Shown: positions 1 through 8,895, numbered from the stretch's first letter. The stretch is 64,000 bases of DNA from Bacteriovoracaceae bacterium (GCA_965217035.1 OZ244226.1:1842146-1906145); one strand, 5' to 3'. Made by a program: numbers and translations. Notes: generated by a model not told the origin, from the sequence alone.

Positions 1-283
1 GTAAACTTCTTCCGATTAATCTTTGAATTTCTTGAGAGCGGCCGGAAATTCCCTTTCTTTCTCTTCTAATTCTTGTATGTGTTGAGCCGGGAAGCATATT
101 GTATTCCGCTGTTACCCATCCTTCCCCATTTCCTTTCATCCAGGGAGGCACAGACTCTTCTGCAATTGCTGTAATGTGGACTTTCGTATTCCCACATTCT
201 ATAATGACGCTTCCCGCAGCGTAAGGGTTTACACCTGTTTGAATCTTGATCTCTCTTGGTGTTGATCGCTCAATCGTGCTCAT
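1..283 (-). CDS. rph: Ribonuclease PH, N-terminal part (runs off the window edge; absent from ORF track)
   Basis: Manual translation from ATG at 283: [39 protein letters not shown]...[42 protein letters not shown]. Contains the RNase PH motifs GWVTAEY.MLP and [20 protein letters not shown] lies 6 nt upstream. Confidence 0.95.
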   Translation of the reverse strand, partial: MSTIERSTPREIKIQTGVNPYAAGSVIIECGNTKVHITAIAEESVPPWMKGNGEGWVTAEYNMLPGSTHTRIRRERKGISGRSQEIQRLIGRSL

Positions 284-293
284 AGGAGGCTCC

Positions 294-989
294 TTGCAAA
301 TTGTCCATTTGGATGAATGCCATTCTACTCAAGAATATTTGAAAAACCAATTAAGCGAAGGACAATTGCAGTCTCCAGCCTTGGTTTATACTCATAATCA
401 AACTTCTGGCAGAGGGAGAAGAAATAAGGTTTGGCATCATTTTGAAGGATCTTTGGCTTTTTCTTTTATAACTCAAAAGTTTGAACCTGTGACTTTTTCT
501 CCCCTTGCGATTGGAGTTATTCTCTGCGAAAGCTTTAAGGAACTTGGTGTTGATCTAAGATTAAAGTGGCCTAATGATCTTATTTCTTTGGTGGATGGTA
601 AAAAGGTTGGGGGGATTCTTTCTCAAGTTTACGATGATCAACAAATTCTTTCTGGAGTTGGAATTAATTTATTTCCTCGAGAGGATAAAAAAGAATTTGA
701 TTACCCTCATGGTTTTGTTTTTAATAAAAATCAAAACTTTGATACAGTTCAGTTCTTCAATTTATTTTCACAGAAACTAGAGAAGAGAAACTTAAATTTT
801 AAAGAAATTTGGAATCATTTTTGTTCTCACTTAGATAAGAAAGTTTTTATAACGGATCAATCAACGATTGAAGGTTGGTTTAGAGGAGTTGGAGAAAATG
901 GAGAAGCCCTTCTGGAAAGTGATTTAGGAGAGCTCCTCAAGGTATTTACTGGATCTCTGCGGTTTCTCTCAAGTGAAAATAAAAGCTAG
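294..989 (+). CDS. birA: Biotin--[acetyl-CoA carboxylase] ligase, class I (no N-terminal HTH)
   Basis: Motifs STQ, QTSGRGR, LKWPND, KKVGGIL, GVGIN and C-terminal G...NGEALL. Likely start is TTG 294 after AGGAGG; the track start at 246 overlaps rph. Confidence 0.9.
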   Translation: MQIVHLDECHSTQEYLKNQLSEGQLQSPALVYTHNQTSGRGRRNKVWHHFEGSLAFSFITQKFEPVTFSPLAIGVILCESFKELGVDLRLKWPNDLISLVDGKKVGGILSQVYDDQQILSGVGINLFPREDKKEFDYPHGFVFNKNQNFDTVQFFNLFSQKLEKRNLNFKEIWNHFCSHLDKKVFITDQSTIEGWFRGVGENGEALLESDLGELLKVFTGSLRFLSSENKS

Positions 990-1566
990 AGAGAAAGTCA
1001 TTCATAAATTCTTGTAAAATATTTCTTTTCACTTTGTTAAGTATCCAGATCGTTCCGGTTAGATCAAGGCCCTTAGAATTCTCTTCCATATGAATTTTCG
1101 CTTCTTTCATCAATGGAAAGTCTTCGGTCCATGATTCAGGCGTTATCTCCACTAAAAATTTCATTGCTTTTGGGATTTTATTTTTAATAAGAACAATTGC
1201 ACTTTTTGATTTCAGTTTTATTGTAAGAAAGGATTCAATGTTAGTTCTTCTTTCTCGACCACCTGATCCAAAATGATAGTCTAAAATAATATTGTAACAA
1301 AAAACTTCCTTGCATTTTATGGGAATTATTTTTTTTATTTTTGTTTTTGGATGACTGGCAAAGTCTCTAAAAAACTCATGAAGAAAAAGGCTAAACCTTT
1401 TAGGAGAATTCAGTAATCCTCGATTGAGATGAGAGAGGTGAAGCTCTTGGATATGGGGATATTTATCGGTCAGATTATCTATGCGTTGCCCTATTGCCAG
1501 TTGCGTTAAAAAAAGTGAGAGAAATAGAATTAAACCTTTCAAATGAACCTCCTTGAAAAGGTTCAT
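946..1566 (-). CDS. Hypothetical secreted protein
   Basis: 206-aa ORF with an N-terminal hydrophobic signal-like segment; converges on and overlaps the birA 3' end. Confidence 0.65.
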   Translation of the reverse strand: MNLFKEVHLKGLILFLSLFLTQLAIGQRIDNLTDKYPHIQELHLSHLNRGLLNSPKRFSLFLHEFFRDFASHPKTKIKKIIPIKCKEVFCYNIILDYHFGSGGRERRTNIESFLTIKLKSKSAIVLIKNKIPKAMKFLVEITPESWTEDFPLMKEAKIHMEENSKGLDLTGTIWILNKVKRNILQEFMNDFLSSFYFHLRETAEIQ

Positions 1567-1736
1567 AATCTTGAAAAGATCAGGCTTTGAGAAAGGTGGA
1601 ATTGTTAGATTTTAAAAGTGAAATGGCGCTGCATTAATGCAGTGAAGTTTTATAAGCCAGACCTTATTACTAGACATTTAAACTCCACAATAAGATTATG
1701 TTAGTAAGGTATTATTCACAAAATTAGGAAGCTGAT

Positions 1737-4700
1737 ATGAAGTTAGAACGCCTGCATATTCAAGGGTTTAAGTCCTTCAAGGATAGAACAACGATTCATT
1801 TTGACGATGGAATAACGGGGATTGTTGGGCCGAATGGTTGTGGTAAGTCTAACATCGTTGATGCTCTTTTTTGGGTTATGGGTGAACAGTCCGCGAAGCA
1901 CCTTCGTGGCCAAAAAATGAGTGATCTTATTTTCTCAGGTTCTAAAAAGTATTCTCCAGGTTCTTTTGCTGAGGTGACGCTGGTTCTGAGTAACCTTGAA
2001 GGAAAACATATTCATATTGGGAACAAAGTTGTTGCTCCTCAAGAAATTCAACTGACTAGAAAATTATATCGTAATGGTGATACGGAATACCGAATCAACA
2101 ATCTTCCTGCTCGATTAAAAGATATCCAAGAAGTTTTTATGGATACAGGTGCAGGGGCAAAGTCATACTCGATTATTGCTCAAGGGGAAATTGATCGACT
2201 TGTTAAAGCGAAACCTCATGAACGACGAGTCATGATTGAGGAAGTTGCGGGTATTACGAAGTTTAAAATGCGCAAGAAAGAGAGTTTGAGAAAGATTGAA
2301 CAGACTCAAAACAATATTGAACGCATCAGCGACCTGAAAAAAGAAGTTTATAAGAATCTTAAGAGTCTTGAAGGACAAGCTGAGAAAGCGGAGAAAGCTC
2401 GTTCTCTTCGAGAGAAAGTGAAAAAGAATGCTCTTGTTGTAAATACTCATCGTGAATTAGAGTTTCTTACTAAAATCCAAGATCTTAATAAAAACAATGA
2501 AGATAATTCTCAAAAAATTGAAGCTTATAAACTTGAGAAAGAAAGTATTGATGCTTCTCTTGAGAATGAAAAGAATCAAAAGATTGAATTAATTGATCAT
2601 ATCGATGCTCTTCAAGAAGAGTTTAATCTCAAATCGAGAGAGCTTGTTTCGTTAGAAGAAAGGTTAAATGCAAGTAAAAACTCTGTTGAAGAAAAAAAAG
2701 CTTATATTGATGAGAAAAAACGAGAGTTAGATTCATTAGATGCAGATTTGAAGTCAAGAGAGCAAAAAATCGAAGAGGTTACATCGGAGCTTGAAGCTCT
2801 TGAGAAGCCTAGTACTGATGAGACTCCAGATTATTCCTTAATTGAGGAGAATATCGCAACTCTTCAAGCTGAAATCCAAGAACTTGAAACTCAGCATTTG
2901 GATAATATAAAAAAGCGAGAAGAAGCAACTCAGAAGATTGCTGAAGCTGACGCTAAAATTTATAAAAATGAACACCAGCTTGAAGAACAAGCACGAGCGC
3001 TTCAAGAAATTGCTCAAGAAATTGAAGAGCTCGAAAAATATTTTAATCAATTAACGGATGAAACTGAAATCAAAAAAGAGAAATTGTCTCAATCAGAAGA
3101 TAAGTTTAATAGATTAGAAATTCAAAAAGAAGAAATTAAAGAAGAACTTTCGACTCTTGAAACTCAAAAGAATGAACTCAATAAAAAACTTTCTGAAAAA
3201 GAAAAAGGACAAGTCGAAATCTCTACTCGAATTAATTCTCTTGAAGAACTGACGGCAAGCACTTTGGAAAGAACGGGAAATCATTCTTTCGTAAAAGAAT
3301 GTAGTGGGAATCTTTTACAGGATCTTTTTACAGTTGAAGAGAATTACGAAAGAACAGTAGAAGCTCTTTTGAGGCCTTATCTTGAGGCTGTCGTTGGTTA
3401 CGAAACTGAAGAAGATATTGTTGAGTGGCTAAAACAAAATGATGAGAACTTTAGCTGTATTCAGCCTTCTTCGAAAAAGACTGATTTTTCTGTAGGGAAA
3501 TCGCTACTTGAGGTTTTGAGCTTCGCAAATGAGGTTCCAGCTGCAATTAAAAACTTTCTTGGAAGTTTCTTTCTTGTTGATAGTATCGACTTAGAAAACC
3601 TTAATGAGTTTTTTGGAAATCACTTTTTAGCTGTTGCGACGAATGATGGATCAAAAGTTCTTCGTAACTTTCAAGGAAACCTTCAGTTTGAATCAAACTC
3701 AGAAAGTGAGCAAGCTGATAGCGTCCTTGAAAGAAATAATCAGATTGAAAGCTTAAAGGTTGATCTTGAAGTTGTAGAAGATGAAATAAGTGAATTGAAG
3801 AGAGAAGTTTCTAAAATTGCGGATAAAATTGTCACAAAAGAAGATCTTAAAGTTGAAATAGAGCAAGAAAGAGAGAGTCTCAAAGAAGATGTTATTTCGC
3901 TCAAGTCTTTTCTTTCAGAAAGAAATACAGTTGTTGTTAACGAAGATCGACTTGAAAAGCTTGAAAAAAGAAAAAGAGAGATCTCTCTGCTTCGGATGGA
4001 CCTTTGTGAAAAAGAAGAAGAACTTGAAGAAGAGAAACAAGTTCTTGATGAAAACCTTCTGGTTGTTAAAGAAGAAATCATTCAATTTGAAGAGTTTTTT
4101 AATGAGAAAAAACAAGCTTATGAAGAAGCTCGAGAAGAGCTTGTAGAGGCTAAATCAGAACAGAAATCTTTTGAGTTCAAAAAAGTTCAATTTGAAAAAC
4201 AATTGAAAGATTTCGAAGAACAAAAAGCAGCAATTGAAGAAAAAATTACGACAACTCTTGAAGTCATCGAGCAAAGTGAAGAGTACATTAGAAACTTTGG
4301 TGATAATCAAGTTGAAGCGACTGGAAATATCGAAGAACTTACAAATCTTTTAAAAGAGAAAGAGCAAGAACTTTCTGAATCAAAAGATGAACTTGAGCAG
4401 CTTACCCAAGCGATGGAAACAAGAGAAACTAAAGCTCGTGATCTTGATAATAAAATCAACAAAGTTGAAAAAGATAATCTAGAGAAAGTTCTCAAGCTTG
4501 AAAAAGCAATTGATGATGAAGAGCTTCTCGTTCGAAACACTTTTGAAGAATACAGGGTCGATATTCGAGCAATTATTCTTGGCTTTATGGAACTCGAAGA
4601 GATTGAAGGGTTAAAAGATCTTGAGAAAATGTTCTTTATTGAATCGGAGAGTGGTATTCGAAGAGTTGAGTCTGAAGCCTATGAATTTCAAAAAAGATTT

Positions 4701-5354
4701 CCAGGGCAAGTCGCCGAGGCTAAAGAAAAACTTAAAAACTATAAAAGTTCACTTAATAGACTTGGGCATATTAACTGGCAAGCTGTTGAAGACTACGATA
4801 AGCAGAAAGTACGTTATGACTTCTTAAAAGACCAAGAAGAAGAATTAAATCTTTCAATTAAAGATCTTATGGTGGCTATCGAAAGAATTGATGGAAAATC
4901 AAAAACACGTTTCCAAGAAGCCTATACAGAAGTTAATGAGAAATTTGAAAAAGTTTTCCCTATTATTTTTGGTGGAGGGAACGCCAGACTTCACTTAACT
5001 GGAAACATGGATGAAGAAGATTTTGGAATTGAAATCATTGCAAGTCCTCCAGGGAAAAAAATGCAAAATATTAACCTGATGTCGGGTGGTGAAAAAGCGC
5101 TTACTGCCGTGGCCCTGATCTTCTCGATCTTTCTTGTAAAGCCATCTCCATTCTGTCTTCTTGATGAGGTTGATGCTCCTCTTGATGACGCCAATGTTGG
5201 GCGTTTTAATCAGTTATTAAGAGAGATGAGTTCTGAATCTCAATTCATTTTGATTACGCACAATAAGAAGACGATGGAGCTTAATGACAAGCTGTACGGA
5301 ATTACTATGCAGGAGCCTGGAGTTTCCAAAACTGTTTCTGTCCAACTACAATAG
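1737..5354 (+). CDS. smc: Chromosome segregation protein SMC
   Basis: GFKSF, Walker A GPNGCGKSN, Q-loop IIAQG, long coiled coils, signature MSGGE, Walker B/D-loop LLDEVDAPLD and ITHNK. Confidence 0.96.
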   Translation: MKLERLHIQGFKSFKDRTTIHFDDGITGIVGPNGCGKSNIVDALFWVMGEQSAKHLRGQKMSDLIFSGSKKYSPGSFAEVTLVLSNLEGKHIHIGNKVVAPQEIQLTRKLYRNGDTEYRINNLPARLKDIQEVFMDTGAGAKSYSIIAQGEIDRLVKAKPHERRVMIEEVAGITKFKMRKKESLRKIEQTQNNIERISDLKKEVYKNLKSLEGQAEKAEKARSLREKVKKNALVVNTHRELEFLTKIQDLNKNNEDNSQKIEAYKLEKESIDASLENEKNQKIELIDHIDALQEEFNLKSRELVSLEERLNASKNSVEEKKAYIDEKKRELDSLDADLKSREQKIEEVTSELEALEKPSTDETPDYSLIEENIATLQAEIQELETQHLDNIKKREEATQKIAEADAKIYKNEHQLEEQARALQEIAQEIEELEKYFNQLTDETEIKKEKLSQSEDKFNRLEIQKEEIKEELSTLETQKNELNKKLSEKEKGQVEISTRINSLEELTASTLERTGNHSFVKECSGNLLQDLFTVEENYERTVEALLRPYLEAVVGYETEEDIVEWLKQNDENFSCIQPSSKKTDFSVGKSLLEVLSFANEVPAAIKNFLGSFFLVDSIDLENLNEFFGNHFLAVATNDGSKVLRNFQGNLQFESNSESEQADSVLERNNQIESLKVDLEVVEDEISELKREVSKIADKIVTKEDLKVEIEQERESLKEDVISLKSFLSERNTVVVNEDRLEKLEKRKREISLLRMDLCEKEEELEEEKQVLDENLLVVKEEIIQFEEFFNEKKQAYEEAREELVEAKSEQKSFEFKKVQFEKQLKDFEEQKAAIEEKITTTLEVIEQSEEYIRNFGDNQVEATGNIEELTNLLKEKEQELSESKDELEQLTQAMETRETKARDLDNKINKVEKDNLEKVLKLEKAIDDEELLVRNTFEEYRVDIRAIILGFMELEEIEGLKDLEKMFFIESESGIRRVESEAYEFQKRFPGQVAEAKEKLKNYKSSLNRLGHINWQAVEDYDKQKVRYDFLKDQEEELNLSIKDLMVAIERIDGKSKTRFQEAYTEVNEKFEKVFPIIFGGGNARLHLTGNMDEEDFGIEIIASPPGKKMQNINLMSGGEKALTAVALIFSIFLVKPSPFCLLDEVDAPLDDANVGRFNQLLREMSSESQFILITHNKKTMELNDKLYGITMQEPGVSKTVSVQLQ

Positions 5355-5355
5355 T

Positions 5356-5486
5356 TCCAGAGCTCGGATAAACTTCGATCTTCTTTGTCGTTGCAATTTC
5401 TCTTGCCTGCGACGTACCAGAGCGTACGCCTCGGAAAATCGAAATAACGACTCCTCGAAGAATATCTCATTTCTACAAGCTCTGGA
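5356..5486. repeat. 131-nt nested imperfect inverted repeat (long hairpin; MITE/REP-like or cis-regulatory RNA)
   Basis: Nested arms TCCAGAGCT/AGCTCTGGA, CTTCGA/TCGAAG, GTCGTT/AACGAC, TTTC/GAAA and CGTAC/GTACG around loop CAGAGC. Confidence 0.7.
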
Positions 5487-5493
5487 GGTATAT

Positions 5494-6150
5494 ATGAAAT
5501 CATTACTGATAACATCATTATTTTTCTCTAGCTTTGCATTCGCGAAGTCAGATTTTTTGCCAAATCAATTTTCTGTTGAAATTGAGCAAGTTTATAAAAG
5601 ATTTGGAAAAGGAAAAGAAGTCCGAACCCCTTTTCTTCTTGAATACAGTTATCCCAGTAAAATGAAATATTTTAACAAGAAGAATAAATCTCTCTTCGTT
5701 AGCAACAAAACGAAATCTTGGTATTATGTGCCTTCATTTTTAAAATCTCGACCAGGGACAGTTAAAGTGAATAGTGGAGATAGCGTGAGGCTTGTCAGTG
5801 TCTTTGATTCTTTAAAATCAGGCCTTGTTTCTAATAAGACTTATACTGTAAAAAAAGAATCTCATTCACATTATAAATTGACTTTTGAGGCAAAGGCTCA
5901 AAAGCAATTCAATGTAAAAACCGCTGATCTTTATATCTCGAATCAATCTGTGAAAAAAGCGAAATCCAGCTCACCTTTCAAAAATATAAGTTCTCAAGCG
6001 TTTACTTTAAATGATTTGGATAGGATTTTGATTGAGTATAGAGATAAGAAAAATTTAACTCTGGAATTTAAAAGGTTTAATACACAAGCAGCATTCGAGC
6101 CTGGACATTTCAGCTTCGCCATTCCAGAGAATACAAAAATAATTAAATAA
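5494..6150 (+). CDS. lolA: LolA-family outer membrane lipoprotein carrier protein
   Basis: GGAGG then ATG 5494. Signal peptide MKSLLITSLFFSSFAFA. LolA-like pattern YPSKMKY...FVSN..KSWYY...F.F.IP.NTKII and typical size. Confidence 0.7.
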   Translation: MKSLLITSLFFSSFAFAKSDFLPNQFSVEIEQVYKRFGKGKEVRTPFLLEYSYPSKMKYFNKKNKSLFVSNKTKSWYYVPSFLKSRPGTVKVNSGDSVRLVSVFDSLKSGLVSNKTYTVKKESHSHYKLTFEAKAQKQFNVKTADLYISNQSVKKAKSSSPFKNISSQAFTLNDLDRILIEYRDKKNLTLEFKRFNTQAAFEPGHFSFAIPENTKIIK

Positions 6151-6151
6151 A

Positions 6152-6751
6152 CTACTGAATGTTTTGAATAAGCTTCACTAGTTTCTTAAACTTACGTCCT
6201 CTCATAGGGTAAGTCTTATTAACTTTACCCATAAAAAGTCTTTTAAGCGGTTTCTTGTATTTCGCTTTAAGTCTAACTGCCTTGATGGACTTAACAAAAT
6301 TCTGAGGTTTATCCCAAAGAGTTTCCCCAACAGCAACAACTAAAGTAAGCGGGGCCATAAGAGTTTTGATAATGATATTTCCAACATTAAATCTCGTATT
6401 GTTTGTCTGGTTGAAAAACTTTTTAGTGGCATTATATGTTTTGAAATTGATTGGCTCGCCCGTGATAAAAGTATCTTTAGACTTTAGCAGTGCTACGTAG
6501 AGGGTATCATGTAGGATTACTTTTTCTTGTGGGAGTGGTACAGGAAGGATTGTTGGAATTTCATTAGAAAAAGGTCTCTCAAGATAGGCCTTATAAGAAT
6601 CACATTTTCCTGTGAGGTCTTTCACTCCACAAGCGAAGTAAAGAATAGATCCTGTTTTTTTGTCTTGAATGATTGAGCCTTGGCGAAGATCCATGTCCGC
6701 TTGGGCAAGAGTGCTAAAGAAAAGAGCACACAATAGAAGAAAGTTTCTCAT
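6152..6751 (-). CDS. Hypothetical secreted protein
   Basis: GGAGG SD, signal peptide ending AQA, 199 aa. Confidence 0.8.
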   Translation of the reverse strand: MRNFLLLCALFFSTLAQADMDLRQGSIIQDKKTGSILYFACGVKDLTGKCDSYKAYLERPFSNEIPTILPVPLPQEKVILHDTLYVALLKSKDTFITGEPINFKTYNATKKFFNQTNNTRFNVGNIIIKTLMAPLTLVVAVGETLWDKPQNFVKSIKAVRLKAKYKKPLKRLFMGKVNKTYPMRGRKFKKLVKLIQNIQ

Positions 6752-6815
6752 AGAAGCCTCCAGATGCTTGAGTTGAACGATCGGGATAATGATCTAATTG
6801 TCCCTTCGAGAAGTC

Positions 6816-6842
6816 AAAAAAACCCCGCCAGAGAGCGGGGTT
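6816..6842 (-). terminator. Rho-independent terminator downstream of the pentapeptide-repeat gene
   Basis: Minus strand AACCCCGC-TCTCTG-GCGGGGTT followed by a U run. Confidence 0.85.
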
Positions 6843-6929
6843 CAAAGGGAGAGGAGAGGTTTCCGGACTTTGCCCATCCGTTGGCGCCGGAATTATGTCT
6901 TCCATGACATAAAATTGCATCTTGCACAT
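6816..6929 (-). ncRNA. Candidate 3'-UTR regulatory RNA with ANGGA hairpin loops
   Basis: Two hairpins with AUGGA and ACGGA loops, then CCUCUCCUCUCCC, then the terminator. Confidence 0.35.
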
Positions 6930-7349
6930 TTAGGCAACAAATTCCATTTGCTCACCGGTTACGTAGCACGACTTCATGTCGTTTCCATCATGATAAAACG
7001 CTTCCATTGCTAACATATCGAAACTACAGTTAAAAAACATATTATACTTGGTGTGAAAATTATCAAATTTGGAGTTTGAAACTTCACAGCCTAAGAAGTT
7101 GCATTCATTAGCGTAAGAAAATACAAATTTGCAACTTTCGAATTTGCAATTTCTAAAGTCTACTGCACTGAAATTGCTAGCCATAAAGGTGCATGAGGAG
7201 AAGGTGACGTTGGTGATGACACATGCATCAAGAAGAGAGCCAGAAAAGGTTGCACCATGGTAGGACTTGTTAGATATTGAAATTTCCTTTAATTTCAAAT
7301 ACTTATTGTTTTCTCCAATAAATTCCATTTCAAATAAAGCAGTTTTCAT
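6930..7349 (-). CDS. Pentapeptide-repeat protein
   Basis: Tandem five-residue units (ATFSG, VTFSS, CTFMA, SNFSA, VDFRN, CKFES, CKFVF, CNFLG); SD AAGGAG. Confidence 0.85.
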   Translation of the reverse strand: MKTALFEMEFIGENNKYLKLKEISISNKSYHGATFSGSLLDACVITNVTFSSCTFMASNFSAVDFRNCKFESCKFVFSYANECNFLGCEVSNSKFDNFHTKYNMFFNCSFDMLAMEAFYHDGNDMKSCYVTGEQMEFVA

Positions 7350-7390
7350 TATCCCTTCTCCTTCAAGTTTCAGGATGATTCCTGATTGAA

Positions 7391-7420
7391 ATCATATGAT
7401 ACTTGACCAATTGCGTCAAG
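7391..7420. promoter_or_regulatory. Palindromic sites in the divergent pentapeptide/XRE intergenic region
   Basis: ATCATATGAT (7391-7400) and CTTGAC-N7-GTCAAG (7402-7420). Confidence 0.35.
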
Positions 7421-7433
7421 GGAAAATATTGCA

Positions 7434-7460
7434 TTAAGAAATTTTATTTCATTCCGATAA
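7434..7460 (+). promoter_or_regulatory. Putative sigma-28 (FliA) promoter
   Basis: TTAA-N15-TCCGATAA versus consensus TAAA-N15-GCCGATAA, just upstream of the XRE gene RBS. Confidence 0.5.
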
Positions 7461-7478
7461 GAATTTTAGGAGGTTAGC

Positions 7479-8078
7479 ATGATCGAATTTGAAAGAGAGA
7501 TGCTTGATTGGTTTATAGGGGTTGTTCGTAAGTATATGCACTTGCGAGGTGATCTTTCTCAGAAGGATTTAGCGGAGGAGATTAATGTAGGGATTTCAAC
7601 CTTATCTCGATTCCTTAACCAGAAGACCAAAGAACTTGATGAGCAGCTCGTCGCAAAGATAGTGGCCTTCTTGGATATTCCTCTTCATGAAATTATTGAT
7701 TTCATTGAAGAGGATTCTACGGTGAAGTTTAAGAAGCTCATAGCTTTTTATAGAGAAGATACAGTCATGACTGAGTTAATGTCTGCGCCACAGGGTGATG
7801 AAAAGTCTGAGGCTAAAAAAAGGACTTCTGTACGCATTGGGAGAACTAAGGTCAGCTTTGGGCATAGTGATATACCAGTAAATGATCAAAATTTACCGCT
7901 CTCCAAAATAGCTCAAAAGGGAGAAGAGAGTCTTTCCGATAAATTTGCTAAGTTGAGTCCTCGACAGAAGGCTTATCTTAGTGATTTTTTGGATCTAGAT
8001 TCCGATGCACGAGATTTGATTGTTGATATTGGCAATCAGCTTTTAAGGTATTTTAAACAAAAGAGGCTTTCATTTTAG
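7479..8078 (+). CDS. XRE-family helix-turn-helix transcriptional regulator
   Basis: LSQKDLAEEINVGISTLSRFLN HTH; strong AGGAGG SD. Confidence 0.88.
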   Translation: MIEFEREMLDWFIGVVRKYMHLRGDLSQKDLAEEINVGISTLSRFLNQKTKELDEQLVAKIVAFLDIPLHEIIDFIEEDSTVKFKKLIAFYREDTVMTELMSAPQGDEKSEAKKRTSVRIGRTKVSFGHSDIPVNDQNLPLSKIAQKGEESLSDKFAKLSPRQKAYLSDFLDLDSDARDLIVDIGNQLLRYFKQKRLSF

Positions 8079-8869
8079 TTAAGATTGTTATTTTATTTTT
8101 ACCTCTTCGGCTTTGGGCAATACCAGATAATCTTGAGGTTTGGTTTGTTCAAAAGGCAAAGAGAACTGTTTCTAAGTTTGAGCGTCATCTCTTTGTCCAA
8201 AACTCTTACCAATGTGTAAAAGTTGGAGAACATTGTTTTGATCCCCAAATAGGTCTTTATGACCCTAAAAAGCTTCAAGAGTCAGGAGAGATTGAAATTC
8301 CTGATGCCGTCCATGAGGAAGAATGGGAGCAAATTGATAAGGATTCAAAAAACTATGAGGACATTACAAGTTTGGATGTTTTAAAACGATCAACTTTACA
8401 ATGCGATAATACGACTTACTTTGATGTTTTTTGCGGAAAGGCAAAACGTATGGAGACAAAGAGAGTTGATGTCGAAGTTTATATAGACGGAACTGAGTCC
8501 ATGGCGAGAGTTGATTCTCGAGATTTAAAAAAAGAATGCTACCGGTCGAGTTTTGTAAGAAGAATTCTTGAAAGTTGTAAGAATATTGATGTCTACTCTT
8601 TTAATCATAGTAAGAAAAAAGTTCATGATCCTCTTCGGGCATGTATTTCGCAATCAATCACAGATGATAGCCGACTTATTCAATGGATTAAAGCTTCTAG
8701 AGCAAAGAAGCTCATTGTCATCACTGAAAAATCAGAAGTAGGGAAAAAGTTTATTGATTTTGCTTATCTCAACCAGGCTAAATTTAGAGGGGAAAAGATA
8801 GGAGGAGAGCTCCTTATAGAAAAGCTCCCGAACGATTTTACACGGTTGAAAAAAACTTGTAGAAATTAG
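8072..8869 (+). CDS. Secreted Cys-containing hypothetical protein with an apparent ATT start (track start 8372 looks truncated)
   Basis: Frame is open from 8057 with no ATG/GTG/TTG until 8372. AAGAGG-N5-ATT at 8072 gives the signal-like N-terminus (M)LVKIVILFLPLRLWA-IPDNLEVWF. Confidence 0.65.
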   Translation: MLVKIVILFLPLRLWAIPDNLEVWFVQKAKRTVSKFERHLFVQNSYQCVKVGEHCFDPQIGLYDPKKLQESGEIEIPDAVHEEEWEQIDKDSKNYEDITSLDVLKRSTLQCDNTTYFDVFCGKAKRMETKRVDVEVYIDGTESMARVDSRDLKKECYRSSFVRRILESCKNIDVYSFNHSKKKVHDPLRACISQSITDDSRLIQWIKASRAKKLIVITEKSEVGKKFIDFAYLNQAKFRGEKIGGELLIEKLPNDFTRLKKTCRN

Positions 8870-8895
8870 GTTTTTTTTTTACTAATGTCTATTCA

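Noticed and set aside
2163..5194. Many 60-145 aa alternate-frame or antisense ORFs inside smc (likewise in valS, RND, OPT and the adhesin)
   Set aside because: Expected shadows of codon bias in long genes; low complexity and no RBS.
5240..5518. ORF 5240..5518 (-) and the 5284 start for the lolA-like gene
   Set aside because: They cross the smc end and the hairpin; the SD and signal peptide point to ATG 5494.
6714..7013. ORFs 6714..6929 (-) and 6798..7013 (+)
   Set aside because: They run through a clear terminator and overlap real genes, with no RBS or protein-like features.
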